Source: an archaeon
Lineage (GTDB): Archaea > Nanobdellota > Nanobdellia > Woesearchaeales > UBA9642
Reading direction: 5' to 3'
Length of the DNA stretch: 64,000 nt
Assembly (NCBI GenBank): GCA_020057295.1
Contig: JAGVGF010000006.1
Span: forward strand, 64,001 to 128,000
Shown here: in pieces, positions 20,964 through 30,160 of the stretch
Layout of the letters: every line of letters begins with the position of its first letter
How positions within the stretch are numbered: the first letter of the stretch is position 1
The notes under the pieces: model-generated
Databases searched by the model: none
What the model saw: the letters and a program-made list of their open reading frames with translations, nothing else
What the model was told of the DNA's origin: nothing
Position numbers and translations under genes: made by a program

Positions 20964-22076
20964 TTATCTCACGCTAGTATATCCGCCCTTAATACCTTTC
21001 TTTGAGAATACTATCTGATATAATTGTATATTTCTACATCTAAACGAACCAGCGCAACTTAAAAGATAGTATCGCCACATACGATAAAATCTATCATCAT
21101 ATATCGGTTTTGTTCCTTTTAGTTCATGCCATGTTCTTTCAAAGTTTGCATGCCATCCCATCAATGTTTTATCATAATCAGCACCAAAATTGTGCCAGTC
21201 TTCAAGAGTAAAAAGTCCTTCAGCTGCTGCTGTAAGCTGTTTTGCTGATGGCAACATCGAATTAGGGAATATATACTTAGCAGTCCACGGTTCTGTAACA
21301 ACTACAGACTTATTTCCGGCAATAGTATGCAATAAGAATAATCCATGATCCTTCAAACATTTGTTTGCAAGCTCCATAAATGCTCGATAGTTCTTGTAAC
21401 CTATATGTTCACATAATCCTACAGATACTATACGATCAAACTGTCCGTGAGCTTCACGATAATCTGCTTCTATGAACGTTACAGGTAAACCTTTACACCA
21501 TTCTCTAGAATAAGCAATCTGTTCTTTACTAATATTGTAACTTACAACTTCACAACCGTATTCTTTTGCCATGAATCTTGCAAGTCCTCCGAATCCTCCT
21601 CCTAATTCAAGAACTCTCATTCCTTTTTTTAACTGAAGTTTTTCACATACTAATCTTAATTTTGCAACTTGTGCTTGATCTAATGTTTTTGCATTCTTCC
21701 AATATCCACAAGTGTACTGCATATTTTTGTCAAGCATTCTTGTGTACAATTCGTTTCCTAAATCGTAATGTTCCTGTGCTACAACTTTAGATTTAGATTT
21801 TGTTTGTTGATTAAACAATAACGATTTTATTGCTCCAGCCACAATTATTGTTTTTGAAACATGTTTATCTAATTCAGCATCTAATACTTTGTAGAAGAAT
21901 TGGTCTAAATCTTTTACATCCCACCAACCGTCCATATATGCTTCTCCAAGTCCTAAAGTACCTTGTGACAAAATTCTAGAGTATAAATTAGGATTATGTA
22001 CATGTATGTCCCACGTATTAGGACCATCAATTACGACTCCTGCATGATTCAACAATTTCTGTATTTTTTCTTTCAT
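20964..22076 (-). CDS. cfa: Cyclopropane-fatty-acyl-phospholipid synthase family SAM methyltransferase
   Basis: LGLGEAYMDGWW, HYDLGNELY, MQYTCGYW, KYIFP, RMWRYYLLSC; ATG at 22076 after GAGGT RBS. Confidence 0.93.
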   Translation of the reverse strand: MKEKIQKLLNHAGVVIDGPNTWDIHVHNPNLYSRILSQGTLGLGEAYMDGWWDVKDLDQFFYKVLDAELDKHVSKTIIVAGAIKSLLFNQQTKSKSKVVAQEHYDLGNELYTRMLDKNMQYTCGYWKNAKTLDQAQVAKLRLVCEKLQLKKGMRVLELGGGFGGLARFMAKEYGCEVVSYNISKEQIAYSREWCKGLPVTFIEADYREAHGQFDRIVSVGLCEHIGYKNYRAFMELANKCLKDHGLFLLHTIAGNKSVVVTEPWTAKYIFPNSMLPSAKQLTAAAEGLFTLEDWHNFGADYDKTLMGWHANFERTWHELKGTKPIYDDRFYRMWRYYLLSCAGSFRCRNIQLYQIVFSKKGIKGGYTSVR

Positions 22077-22144
22077 AATAAATACCTCGCATTTATTTTT
22101 TATATTTTTATTTCTTATATTTTGAATAATATCTGAGTTCAGAG

Positions 22145-23491
22145 TTATTTTCTCAAAACACATTTATCATACAAATTTTTAAATCTGTAATTAGCATCAT
22201 ATTTTTTCTTTAGTTTATCGTAAGTCTTTTTATTATATAACTCCCAAAATTTTTTCTCATCGTAATACGCTGTTGAATATAAAGATTTTTTTCCGCGGAG
22301 TTTCTCTACGATAAATTCTACTTTCTTGTTTAAGTATCCGTCTTCTTTACCTGTTTTTACTACATCCCAGAATCCAAAATTAATATATAATATTTCTGGT
22401 TTCATCACGTATAAATCGTATTTCGCTTTACCGTTAAGCGGTTGTGTTGGGCACATCCATACAGGAGCTATTCCTATCTCTTTTTGAAAAAAATCCAAAA
22501 ATTCTGGAGCGTTTGCTATAGGAATTTCTACATCTTGTATAACTGATTCTTTTTTTATTCCAAAAAATGCATCTATCTTTTCTAATATTTTAGTTTTTCC
22601 TGCAAATGCACGTATTTTCCAATAAGTTGTAGATTTCAAAAATTTCTTACCAACTAAAAATCTTACAATTTTATTTTGCACTCCAAAACTTGATGAACAC
22701 CAGAACCAGTCAGTATCCCATCTCCAGATATAATCTTTTATTGTTAAATAATCAGTAGTTTTTGTTTTTATCGATTTATAATAGATATTCATATAAGTAT
22801 AATCACTAACATAAGGAGCAGAGCTAACGCATTCTCCAATAGTTAGATACATTTCATTTTCACTAAATATAGATCCATCTACAAATGTCAAATCTTTTGA
22901 TTTTCTATATTTTTTACAATTAGAATTCACAGCATCAAAATAAGATTTAGAATTATCATATTTAGTGTGTGTTAACTTCACGTAAGGAAGTGTTTTTACA
23001 AGTTTGACTTTTAATCTTAATACATATCCAAATGTTCCGTAAGAGTTCGGAAATCCATAAAATAAATCTTTATATTTATTAGTTCTAGTGCATACGACTA
23101 TTCTTCCATCGCCAAGTAATAGTTCTAATTCTTCTATTGTTTCATGAACTAAGCCGTATTTGAATGATGAAGATTCAATCCCTCCACCAGTTGTTGCTCC
23201 TCCAATAGTTATGGATTTTAATTGTGGAACGACAGTCGGCATTAAACTATATTTTAGTGTCTCTTCTACTAATTCTTCGTACGTTGTCATTCCTTCTACA
23301 TCTGCTATAAGATTTTTTGAGTCAATATTAAGAACGTGATTAAAATTTTTTACATTAATCTTTTTTGCATTAACATCTCTGTGCCTAAACAGATTTGAAG
23401 TATCTTTCTGGAGAACAACTGCACCATCAATTGATTTAAATTCTTCTAATAGAATACGTTTACGTTCTTCAAAACCCCCATAACTATCCAT
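22145..23491 (-). CDS. FAD-binding oxidoreductase (PCMH fold; DHCR24/BfaA-TmsA-like)
   Basis: TSNLFR, VVPQLKSITIGGA..G.GIESSSF, FPNSYGT.GY, WRWDTDWFWCS, KSLYS. Confidence 0.88.
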   Translation of the reverse strand: MDSYGGFEERKRILLEEFKSIDGAVVLQKDTSNLFRHRDVNAKKINVKNFNHVLNIDSKNLIADVEGMTTYEELVEETLKYSLMPTVVPQLKSITIGGATTGGGIESSSFKYGLVHETIEELELLLGDGRIVVCTRTNKYKDLFYGFPNSYGTFGYVLRLKVKLVKTLPYVKLTHTKYDNSKSYFDAVNSNCKKYRKSKDLTFVDGSIFSENEMYLTIGECVSSAPYVSDYTYMNIYYKSIKTKTTDYLTIKDYIWRWDTDWFWCSSSFGVQNKIVRFLVGKKFLKSTTYWKIRAFAGKTKILEKIDAFFGIKKESVIQDVEIPIANAPEFLDFFQKEIGIAPVWMCPTQPLNGKAKYDLYVMKPEILYINFGFWDVVKTGKEDGYLNKKVEFIVEKLRGKKSLYSTAYYDEKKFWELYNKKTYDKLKKKYDANYRFKNLYDKCVLRK

Positions 23492-23542
23492 GAAATTATC
23501 AATAATAATGCTTTTAAAAAGGTTGCTAAAATGAAAGTATAA

Positions 23543-23667
23543 CGCCGACGCCCAGATTTGAACTGGGAAACCTTTCGGAAATGGTTCTTTTGGGCGAAAG
23601 ACCAAAAGTTTCGAAATAGCATTTCGCCATTCGAGACCATCGCAGTACCAGATTGTGCCACGCCGGC
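23543..23667 (-). tRNA. tRNA-Ser(CGA) with 43-nt intron at 37/38 (23587-23629)
   Basis: Acceptor GCCGGCG/CGTCGGC; ATGGT-CT-CGA-A|intron|A-ACCAT; long variable arm; D, variable and T arms identical to the tRNA-Ser at 30161. Confidence 0.9.
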
Positions 23668-23758
23668 ATAGTATATGAGATAGATAACATCTTATAAATT
23701 TTCTCGAAAAATATATAAAACAGCATTGGTTTCAAAAAGTATACTTGGAGGATTAAGA

Positions 23759-24001
23759 ATGGATGATATAGAACCTTACGATCACTTAAGAACAATATTA
23801 AGAGCAGAAGGATTCATGGCAGAAATATATAGAAGTACTAAAGGAATATATTTAGGAATACCTGTAGAGCAAATAGCTCAAGATAAAAATAAACAAAGCA
23901 TGGTTAAAGAAGCAATGGATAGAATTGCTGATGATTTAGGATTACATCCAGAAACTCATATATGTCAACACAGAATACAAATAAAATATTCTTTACTATA
24001 A
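23759..24001 (+). CDS. Hypothetical protein
   Basis: ORF with GGAGG RBS. Confidence 0.65.
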   Translation: MDDIEPYDHLRTILRAEGFMAEIYRSTKGIYLGIPVEQIAQDKNKQSMVKEAMDRIADDLGLHPETHICQHRIQIKYSLL

Positions 24002-24059
24002 ATATGCGGCAGCTAGAACATATCGATAATTTTTTATAGACATAATATTCTCTAAATGT

Positions 24060-24716
24060 ATGGCGTCTAAACCTATAATTATTCCAGACAATAACAATAA
24101 TTATTCAATTGAACAATTAAGCGTTCCAACACATTATCGTGAATATTTAAGTAATGTAATGATTCCAAGAGGTCTTATAAAAGATCGTATTGAAAAACTT
24201 GCTCAAGAAATTCACGAAGATTATCAAGATAAAAGTATACATTTAGTGTGTGTATTGAAAGGTGGAGAAAAGATTTTTGCTGATTTAACAAATAGTTTAC
24301 ACACGTTAAATAGCAGATATGGTCAGAAAAGCATTCCTATAACACATGACTTCATCAAAGCTTCAAGCTACATCAATACACAGACAAGTGGTTCAGTAAA
24401 TGTATCTACAGATCATAAACAATTAGAAAGTCTCAAAGATAAACATATACTTCTCGTTGAGGACATAATCGATACTGGAAAAACGATAGTTGCATTGAAG
24501 GAAATAATATCGAAGCACAATCCTAAATCATTAAAGGTAATTAGCCTATTAATTAAACGAATTAATCACAGTAATGGTTTTGTTCCAGATTATTGTGGAT
24601 TTTCTATACCAAACGAATTTGTCGTTGGATACTGTCTTGATTATAATGAACATTTTAGAGATTTACAACACATATGTGTTCTCAATACTCTTGGAAAGAA
24701 TTCATTCAAAGCATAA
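24060..24716 (+). CDS. hpt: Hypoxanthine(-guanine) phosphoribosyltransferase, eukaryote-like
   Basis: CVLKGG, SY loop, LLVEDIIDTGKT PRPP motif, FVVGYCLDYNE.FRDL.HIC. Confidence 0.95.
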   Translation: MASKPIIIPDNNNNYSIEQLSVPTHYREYLSNVMIPRGLIKDRIEKLAQEIHEDYQDKSIHLVCVLKGGEKIFADLTNSLHTLNSRYGQKSIPITHDFIKASSYINTQTSGSVNVSTDHKQLESLKDKHILLVEDIIDTGKTIVALKEIISKHNPKSLKVISLLIKRINHSNGFVPDYCGFSIPNEFVVGYCLDYNEHFRDLQHICVLNTLGKNSFKA

Positions 24717-24735
24717 ATATAATATCGCAAAATAT

Positions 24736-25953
24736 TTATTTCTTATAAGCTGCTTCTAGTATTCTGGAATAGTTTCTACTAATAAAATTAGAAAGATGCA
24801 ATAACGCTTCTCCGCCAATACCTGCTGTATTCAATCTTGATGTTCCATTTTCAGTTATCATAAATTGATTTACGAAGTGTCCAGATCCATCAGTTAGCCA
24901 TCTAATTGAATCATCAGTTGTTTTTTTATCTGCTTCCTTTCCACCTAGGAACATCTTTTTTGAACCATCACCATAGGTTTTTATTTCTATTCCAGCATCT
25001 GCAATTCTATTTTTTGGAAGAGATACATCTAAATGTTGTAATCCAATCTGTGGATTAAGGTGTCCGTCAACCCATTTTAGCACAACATCTATTTTTTCTC
25101 CATAAACACCTATTGCAAGATATTTTGCAGTTATTGATTTGCCATCAGTACTAATTCTTGCACGAATACGGCTCTGATCTGAACCAGATTTTAATTTTAC
25201 AATAGTTTCTCTACGACCATAAGTATCGTTATCAATATATGCTTCAGAATCTAAGATTTTTTCTAATGCATCTAAATTTAATTCTGATGAAGGATAATAA
25301 GCTCCAACATATCCTGTGAAAAAATGGAATAAAGGATACTCTCTTAAAATTGCAGCCTTTGAAGATGCATCTATTAAAGCATAAGCAAACACAGGATCTC
25401 CTACGGATAGATTTAATGGAATAGTATTTCCAATTGCGGCAGATTGTGTATGATTTTTGACAAGATGTGCAGCTTCTATATATTTTTCTTTAAATGTTTC
25501 TGTTACATCTACTTTAGCAATACTGTGTTTTAGTTGTTCAAAAAATTCTTGTGGAAGAAATCTTAACGGATAGCTTAAGCCGTATGCTTCTATAGCTGCT
25601 CTCTCAACAAGAAATTGTGATATATCTGGATGTAAGCTATCTAAATGTTGTTCAAATTTTCTAAGATTACCCATTCCTTCAAGTACAATGTCAGCTCTAG
25701 GGAAACTAAACTGTGATTCTGCTATATGATATATTTCTGCAAATGTTATAAGCTTTTTTCTTAATACATCCACACTTCCATTCATTATTTTAGCAGCATT
25801 TCCATTCATAGAACCAGATTCTAGCATATGGTCTATTCCTTTAAAACGTGTATCTTTATAGAAATCTACGGATTTTTTTAATATAGCACCAGCTACTTGT
25901 GTATCTCTTTGAAACTGTTCAAGATTCTTTAATAGTGTACTATTGTCGACCAT
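24736..25953 (-). CDS. Hypothetical protein
   Basis: 405-aa ORF with RBS; no recognised motif. Confidence 0.75.
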   Translation of the reverse strand: MVDNSTLLKNLEQFQRDTQVAGAILKKSVDFYKDTRFKGIDHMLESGSMNGNAAKIMNGSVDVLRKKLITFAEIYHIAESQFSFPRADIVLEGMGNLRKFEQHLDSLHPDISQFLVERAAIEAYGLSYPLRFLPQEFFEQLKHSIAKVDVTETFKEKYIEAAHLVKNHTQSAAIGNTIPLNLSVGDPVFAYALIDASSKAAILREYPLFHFFTGYVGAYYPSSELNLDALEKILDSEAYIDNDTYGRRETIVKLKSGSDQSRIRARISTDGKSITAKYLAIGVYGEKIDVVLKWVDGHLNPQIGLQHLDVSLPKNRIADAGIEIKTYGDGSKKMFLGGKEADKKTTDDSIRWLTDGSGHFVNQFMITENGTSRLNTAGIGGEALLHLSNFISRNYSRILEAAYKK

Positions 25954-26029
25954 AAAAACCCCTAAATATGTTATTACTAGAGAGTGACATCTATTTATAA
26001 ATTTATCGTTATATTCAATAATTTATAGA

Positions 26030-26398
26030 CTACAAACCTTCACGAAGAACTTCAAAATCAGAATAATCTTGCAACAATTCATCTCCTTTTTTTATATCTG
26101 TTTTGGCAAATATTTTTCCAAAAGATTTTGCATAAATATTAGGATTCTTAGAATGATTACAGAATCTAATATCGTCATGCGATAAATGCCACATATTCTT
26201 GTTTTTATCTAAATAACCATAGTGTTTAAAGAATTCTTTATACTTATCCGTAAGAATGTCAAATTCTTTTACAGAAAGCCATACATCAAGATCATGATTA
26301 GGAGTATAAACCAATTCTCCCTTAGAAATATCTTCATTAGCAAATACACCAGCGCCATGAATCCTACTCTTTCCAACCTTAATCTCTACGTGAAACAT
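26030..26398 (-). CDS. Minimal SET-domain protein
   Basis: SRIHGAGVFA..DI.KG, RFCNHS..PN, ELLQDY. Confidence 0.9.
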   Translation of the reverse strand: MFHVEIKVGKSRIHGAGVFANEDISKGELVYTPNHDLDVWLSVKEFDILTDKYKEFFKHYGYLDKNKNMWHLSHDDIRFCNHSKNPNIYAKSFGKIFAKTDIKKGDELLQDYSDFEVLREGL

Positions 26399-26404
26399 AA
26401 ATAT

Positions 26405-26707
26405 CTAAGAAAGATACGCGATTAATCCATTCAAGCGTTTCTCAGGAGTTGGAAAATATTTATCAGTTTTTAATCTAGGATATTTCGTTTTTAGACCTAC
26501 ATATATTTCTCTTATTTTTTCTAAATTAGTTTTACACTCACCATAATCTTCACTAGTTATACAACTTAAACAAAGTCCCCACAGATTTTGTATTTCTCTA
26601 TCTTCACTTTTAAAATCTATTTCTAACATTTTTAGATGACGACTAACAATGTTATACTCTCCTAAAAATCCGTTCAAAAGTTCTCTAGCTTCCCTCTTAT
26701 CAACCAT
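26405..26707 (-). CDS. Hypothetical protein
   Basis: ORF with AGGTGA RBS, just upstream of the SET gene in the same orientation. Confidence 0.7.
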   Translation of the reverse strand: MVDKREARELLNGFLGEYNIVSRHLKMLEIDFKSEDREIQNLWGLCLSCITSEDYGECKTNLEKIREIYVGLKTKYPRLKTDKYFPTPEKRLNGLIAYLS

Positions 26708-26827
26708 AAACTATCACCTAAATGTTTAATGGCAAATATACTTTAAAAATGTTTCCAAGATAATTTGTTAAAAAAAGTTAATGCTCCAGCAGATTAATGG
26801 TTATCTTTATTTTTCTTTAGAAAAAAC

Positions 26828-27544
26828 TTATTTTTTGGCAATGTTCCACAGCAATTCAAAATATGTTTTGAATGAATTGGACACAGATTTGCTCGTTATT
26901 AACGTAGCCATTGGCGTCTCTCCCCAACTTAATATGGCAACTTTTTTGCCATAAATAATCATTGTTATCGGTATTGAATACGAATCAGGCAAATATTTGA
27001 TTTCGGCATATGCTACTTTCCTTAAATCATCTTTTTGTTTTGTTGATTCAGTCGGTATTACCTTTGATTTAATATCCAATTCCTTTTTTCTGTTCTGAAA
27101 AGCAATAAAATCGTGTTTCATTATTTCCATAAATTTTCCCGAAGAGCCATATGCTATGTATTCTTTATACAGCAAAATATCATTAAGTATGGATTTTATT
27201 CCTTTTTTTCCAACATATGTTTGGGATTCTTCTACTTGTTTGGTAGAATTGTATAATCCAGAAAGTTCCGGCAATATCTCATTTGCGGCTTCTTCTTTTT
27301 CCTTTATCTGATTAAGGAATATTTTTGGGTCTGTCGCTCTGAATATTTTTCTATTTGCAGATATAGCATAACTTATCACGCCTTTTTCAATCAATCTTTC
27401 TGTCGCGTCATATGTCGCAGGTCTGTTTATTTGCGCCTTCTTGCTTAATTTACCAACTTGTGCATCTCCTATTTCTAATAACGAGACATATATTCTCGCC
27501 TCGTTTTTTGTGAGTCCTAATTTTTCTAGTTTTTCGCTTATCAT
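26828..27544 (-). CDS. TrmB-family transcriptional regulator
   Basis: LEKLGLTKNEARIY wHTH; C-terminal PLD-like domain ending FELLW. Confidence 0.9.
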   Translation of the reverse strand: MISEKLEKLGLTKNEARIYVSLLEIGDAQVGKLSKKAQINRPATYDATERLIEKGVISYAISANRKIFRATDPKIFLNQIKEKEEAANEILPELSGLYNSTKQVEESQTYVGKKGIKSILNDILLYKEYIAYGSSGKFMEIMKHDFIAFQNRKKELDIKSKVIPTESTKQKDDLRKVAYAEIKYLPDSYSIPITMIIYGKKVAILSWGETPMATLITSKSVSNSFKTYFELLWNIAKK

Positions 27545-27566
27545 TGTCGTAAATATGTTTACAACA
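27545..27566. promoter_or_regulatory. Putative TrmB operator (palindrome)
   Basis: TGTCGTAAA-TATG-TTTACAACA, 8/9 inverted repeat abutting the TrmB start codon. Confidence 0.55.
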
Positions 27567-27627
27567 TAAATTAATATATAAGTTTAACGTTACTACTATT
27601 AAATAATTAATAAAAGAGGTAAACAAA

Positions 27628-28047
27628 ATGAAAACACAAAAAATAAACTCAGCATTCAAAATCGGAGCAATATTAATAGGACTAACAGGAACATATATTG
27701 CAGGATACTTTAACGGACAAAACAATACTGAAGAATACTATGCAAAGAAACCCGTTCCAGAGTATCATATAGAAATTAACAGACAAAAAAACCACATAAT
27801 GAGCATAGACCTGCAAACTTCAATGAATGGATTGGAACCAAACCGTATAAGAATAAATCCAGACGGAACAATCGAAGACATAACTAAAAATAATCAAAAC
27901 AGATTACAAATTACTCCGTTTGCAGATTATCAACACAAAGAACTAGGTCTGCAAGGAACATACAACTCACAGATTAATTTACAAATAAAAGAATCCAGAC
28001 TGCTAGAACACAACAGCATAGACGCAAAAGTTTGCCAATATAATTAG
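27628..28047 (+). CDS. Hypothetical secreted or membrane-anchored protein
   Basis: N-terminal hydrophobic segment; GAGGT RBS. Confidence 0.7.
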   Translation: MKTQKINSAFKIGAILIGLTGTYIAGYFNGQNNTEEYYAKKPVPEYHIEINRQKNHIMSIDLQTSMNGLEPNRIRINPDGTIEDITKNNQNRLQITPFADYQHKELGLQGTYNSQINLQIKESRLLEHNSIDAKVCQYN

Positions 28048-28084
28048 GGAACATTGTCCCATGCAAATGTCCTGAGAGGACGAA

Positions 28085-28159
28085 TGCTCCCGCCGGGATT
28101 TGAACCCGGGTTTCTACCGTGAGAGGGTAGAGTGATTGACCGGTCTACACTACAGGAGC
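28085..28159 (-). tRNA. tRNA-Glu(CTC)
   Basis: GCTCCTG...CTACC-CT-CTC-AC-GGTAG...GGTTCAAATCC...CGGGAGCA. Confidence 0.95.
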
Positions 28160-28347
28160 ACATTCTTAGAACTGAAAGTTGTTTTATAAATATTTCGTCG
28201 GTACGAAATAGTTTCGAACGAATTGAGAAAAGATAATTATTTATACGTTATTCAGTCGTGAAATTATAATAAATAAATTTCACTACCGTCGATAAAAATT
28301 CATAAGTCTTATAAAGAAGTGTGGCTTTCCAAGCACAGGTGATATGA

Positions 28348-28947
28348 ATGGAATTTAAGGAAATTGTACAGAAGAGATATGCTACTAAAACGTTTGATGA
28401 AAAACAAATCCCACAAAATAAAGTTGACGAATTATTAGAGTTAATAAGACTTAGTGCTTCCTCAGCAAATATTCAACCATGGAAAATAAAAATAATAAAA
28501 GATCATAAAATAAAGGAACAACTTGCACCAATATCATGGAATCAACCTCAAATAACAACATGTTCTCACCTTTTAGTATTCTGCGCAGATAAAGATGTAC
28601 AAACCAGAGTAAAAACTATTGAAAAGAATCTGATAAAGAACGGCGCAACAAATGAAAGTTTGAAAGGATATATGGAAATGATAAACGGAATAGCAACAAG
28701 AATGAATGATGAACAAAGTTTAGCATGGGCTCAAAGACAAACATACTTAGCAGTAGGAAACGCAATCAACGGAGCAAAGAGTTTAGGATTTGATTCATGT
28801 CCTATGGAAGGATTTAATGCAACAGAATATTCTAAAATATTAAAGTTGCCTGAGAATCTAGTGCCAACATGTTTAGTGCCTATAGGATATGCAACAGACA
28901 CACCAAAGCCAAAAACAAGACTACCAAAAGAAGAATTATTTTTCTAA
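28348..28947 (+). CDS. Nitroreductase (NfsB-like)
   Basis: RYATK.F, SS.N.QPW, NQPQ, DSCPMEGF. Confidence 0.93.
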   Translation: MEFKEIVQKRYATKTFDEKQIPQNKVDELLELIRLSASSANIQPWKIKIIKDHKIKEQLAPISWNQPQITTCSHLLVFCADKDVQTRVKTIEKNLIKNGATNESLKGYMEMINGIATRMNDEQSLAWAQRQTYLAVGNAINGAKSLGFDSCPMEGFNATEYSKILKLPENLVPTCLVPIGYATDTPKPKTRLPKEELFF

Positions 28948-28999
28948 ATTTTTTTATAACTCTAAAAATGTAGAACACATACCGACTGTAAGAATATAT

Positions 29000-29572
29000 T
29001 TATCCGAATTTTGACAAAATCTGTCGTCCCATTTTTGCAACATACTCTTTGGTTTCTTTGCTTCCTTTAGAAGTAATGTGAATTAAGTATGTATCTTTGC
29101 AAATCCAAAGATGATAATAATAAACATTCGGCTCATTATTAATATTACCTCCATAATCGTTCACATTATTAACACGAAATCTGCTTTGATCTCCATAATC
29201 ATTCTCACTTATAAGTCCTTCAACACTATACAAGTGTAGGGAATCATATTGATATGTGCCATTCAGGGATTCAAAATTTGTAAATTTCTTCAATTCAACA
29301 ATTACTTGACTATCATTCAAATTATTAATATTATAATTACAGACACTATACTGCATCAGCGGCGAATACTCGCTAGTTTCATATTCCTCTGTTTGACACT
29401 CGGTCCCGTTGATTGTTATCCCGAGTTGTTGAAGATCTTGTTCATTAAACACCAACTCTTGAGTTCCTGATAGTGTACTGTTTGTAATTATTGTCGAATT
29501 AGATGAATTATTCACTATTGAACATCCTGTAACAAATATCAGGAAAATCCCTAAAAGTATAATCCTCTTCAT
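29000..29572 (-). CDS. Hypothetical lipoprotein
   Basis: Lipobox-like FVTGC after a hydrophobic stretch; N/S/T-rich linker. Confidence 0.7.
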   Translation of the reverse strand: MKRIILLGIFLIFVTGCSIVNNSSNSTIITNSTLSGTQELVFNEQDLQQLGITINGTECQTEEYETSEYSPLMQYSVCNYNINNLNDSQVIVELKKFTNFESLNGTYQYDSLHLYSVEGLISENDYGDQSRFRVNNVNDYGGNINNEPNVYYYHLWICKDTYLIHITSKGSKETKEYVAKMGRQILSKFG

Positions 29573-29692
29573 AATACTTTTTCAATTTACGGATTTATAT
29601 ATTTTATTATAAGCGATTTTGTCATCCACAAAACCTTTGACTGTAGAATTAGTAGATGAACCCACGCAGTTCGTGAGTTCGTCACTTTTGAC

Positions 29693-29713
29693 TCGCCTTT
29701 TTGTAAAAGGCGA
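29693..29713. repeat. Perfect 9-bp hairpin directly 3' of tRNA-Lys
   Basis: TCGCCTTTT-TGT-AAAAGGCGA. Confidence 0.6.
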
Positions 29714-29787
29714 CGGGCCATGGGAGATTTGAACTCCCGACCAACAGATTAAGAGTCTGCTGCGCTACCAGGCTGCGCTAATGGCCC
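29714..29787 (-). tRNA. tRNA-Lys(CTT)
   Basis: GGGCCAT...GCAGA-CT-CTT-AA-TCTGT...GTTCAAATC...ATGGCCCG. Confidence 0.95.
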
Positions 29788-29867
29788 ACATCGACTAGAA
29801 TCTGAATGTGTTTTTTAAAGGTTTTGATTTGAGTAAACTTTATAATAACATATTGCTTTCAATAAAT

Positions 29868-30104
29868 ATGGAAGTCGCAGGTATGGTAATAGGAACGTTT
29901 CTGATTATGGTATTGTTCTTTTTAGCTATAGCTGCCATAGCTATACTTGCGTTAGTATTTTGGATATTAATGCTTGTTGATTCTATAAAGAGAAAATATA
30001 AAGATGATAATGATAAAATAGTGTGGGTTTTGGTAATAGTTCTATTAGGAATTTTAGGAGCAATAGTATATTACTTTGTTATTAAGAGAGATAAAAAGAA
30101 ATAA
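29868..30104 (+). CDS. Small membrane protein (PLDc N-terminal-like domain)
   Basis: FWI.MLVD...R......K..W......LG..GA.VYY. Confidence 0.8.
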   Translation: MEVAGMVIGTFLIMVLFFLAIAAIAILALVFWILMLVDSIKRKYKDDNDKIVWVLVIVLLGILGAIVYYFVIKRDKKK

Positions 30105-30160
30105 TTCTATAATTTAATTTAAGTATTTATCTATAAGTAAATAAAGGTATAAATATAATA

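Noticed and set aside
23446-23795. ORFs 23446-23661 and 23526-23795 and the 5' extension of 22145-23605
   Set aside because: They overlap the tRNA-Ser(CGA) gene; the true start of the FAD gene is taken as 23491
28046-28084. GTCC-TGAGA-GGAC-GAA resembles hammerhead ribozyme stem II
   Set aside because: No CUGANGA core upstream and GAAT instead of GAAA; treated as an ordinary hairpin in the tRNA-Glu trailer
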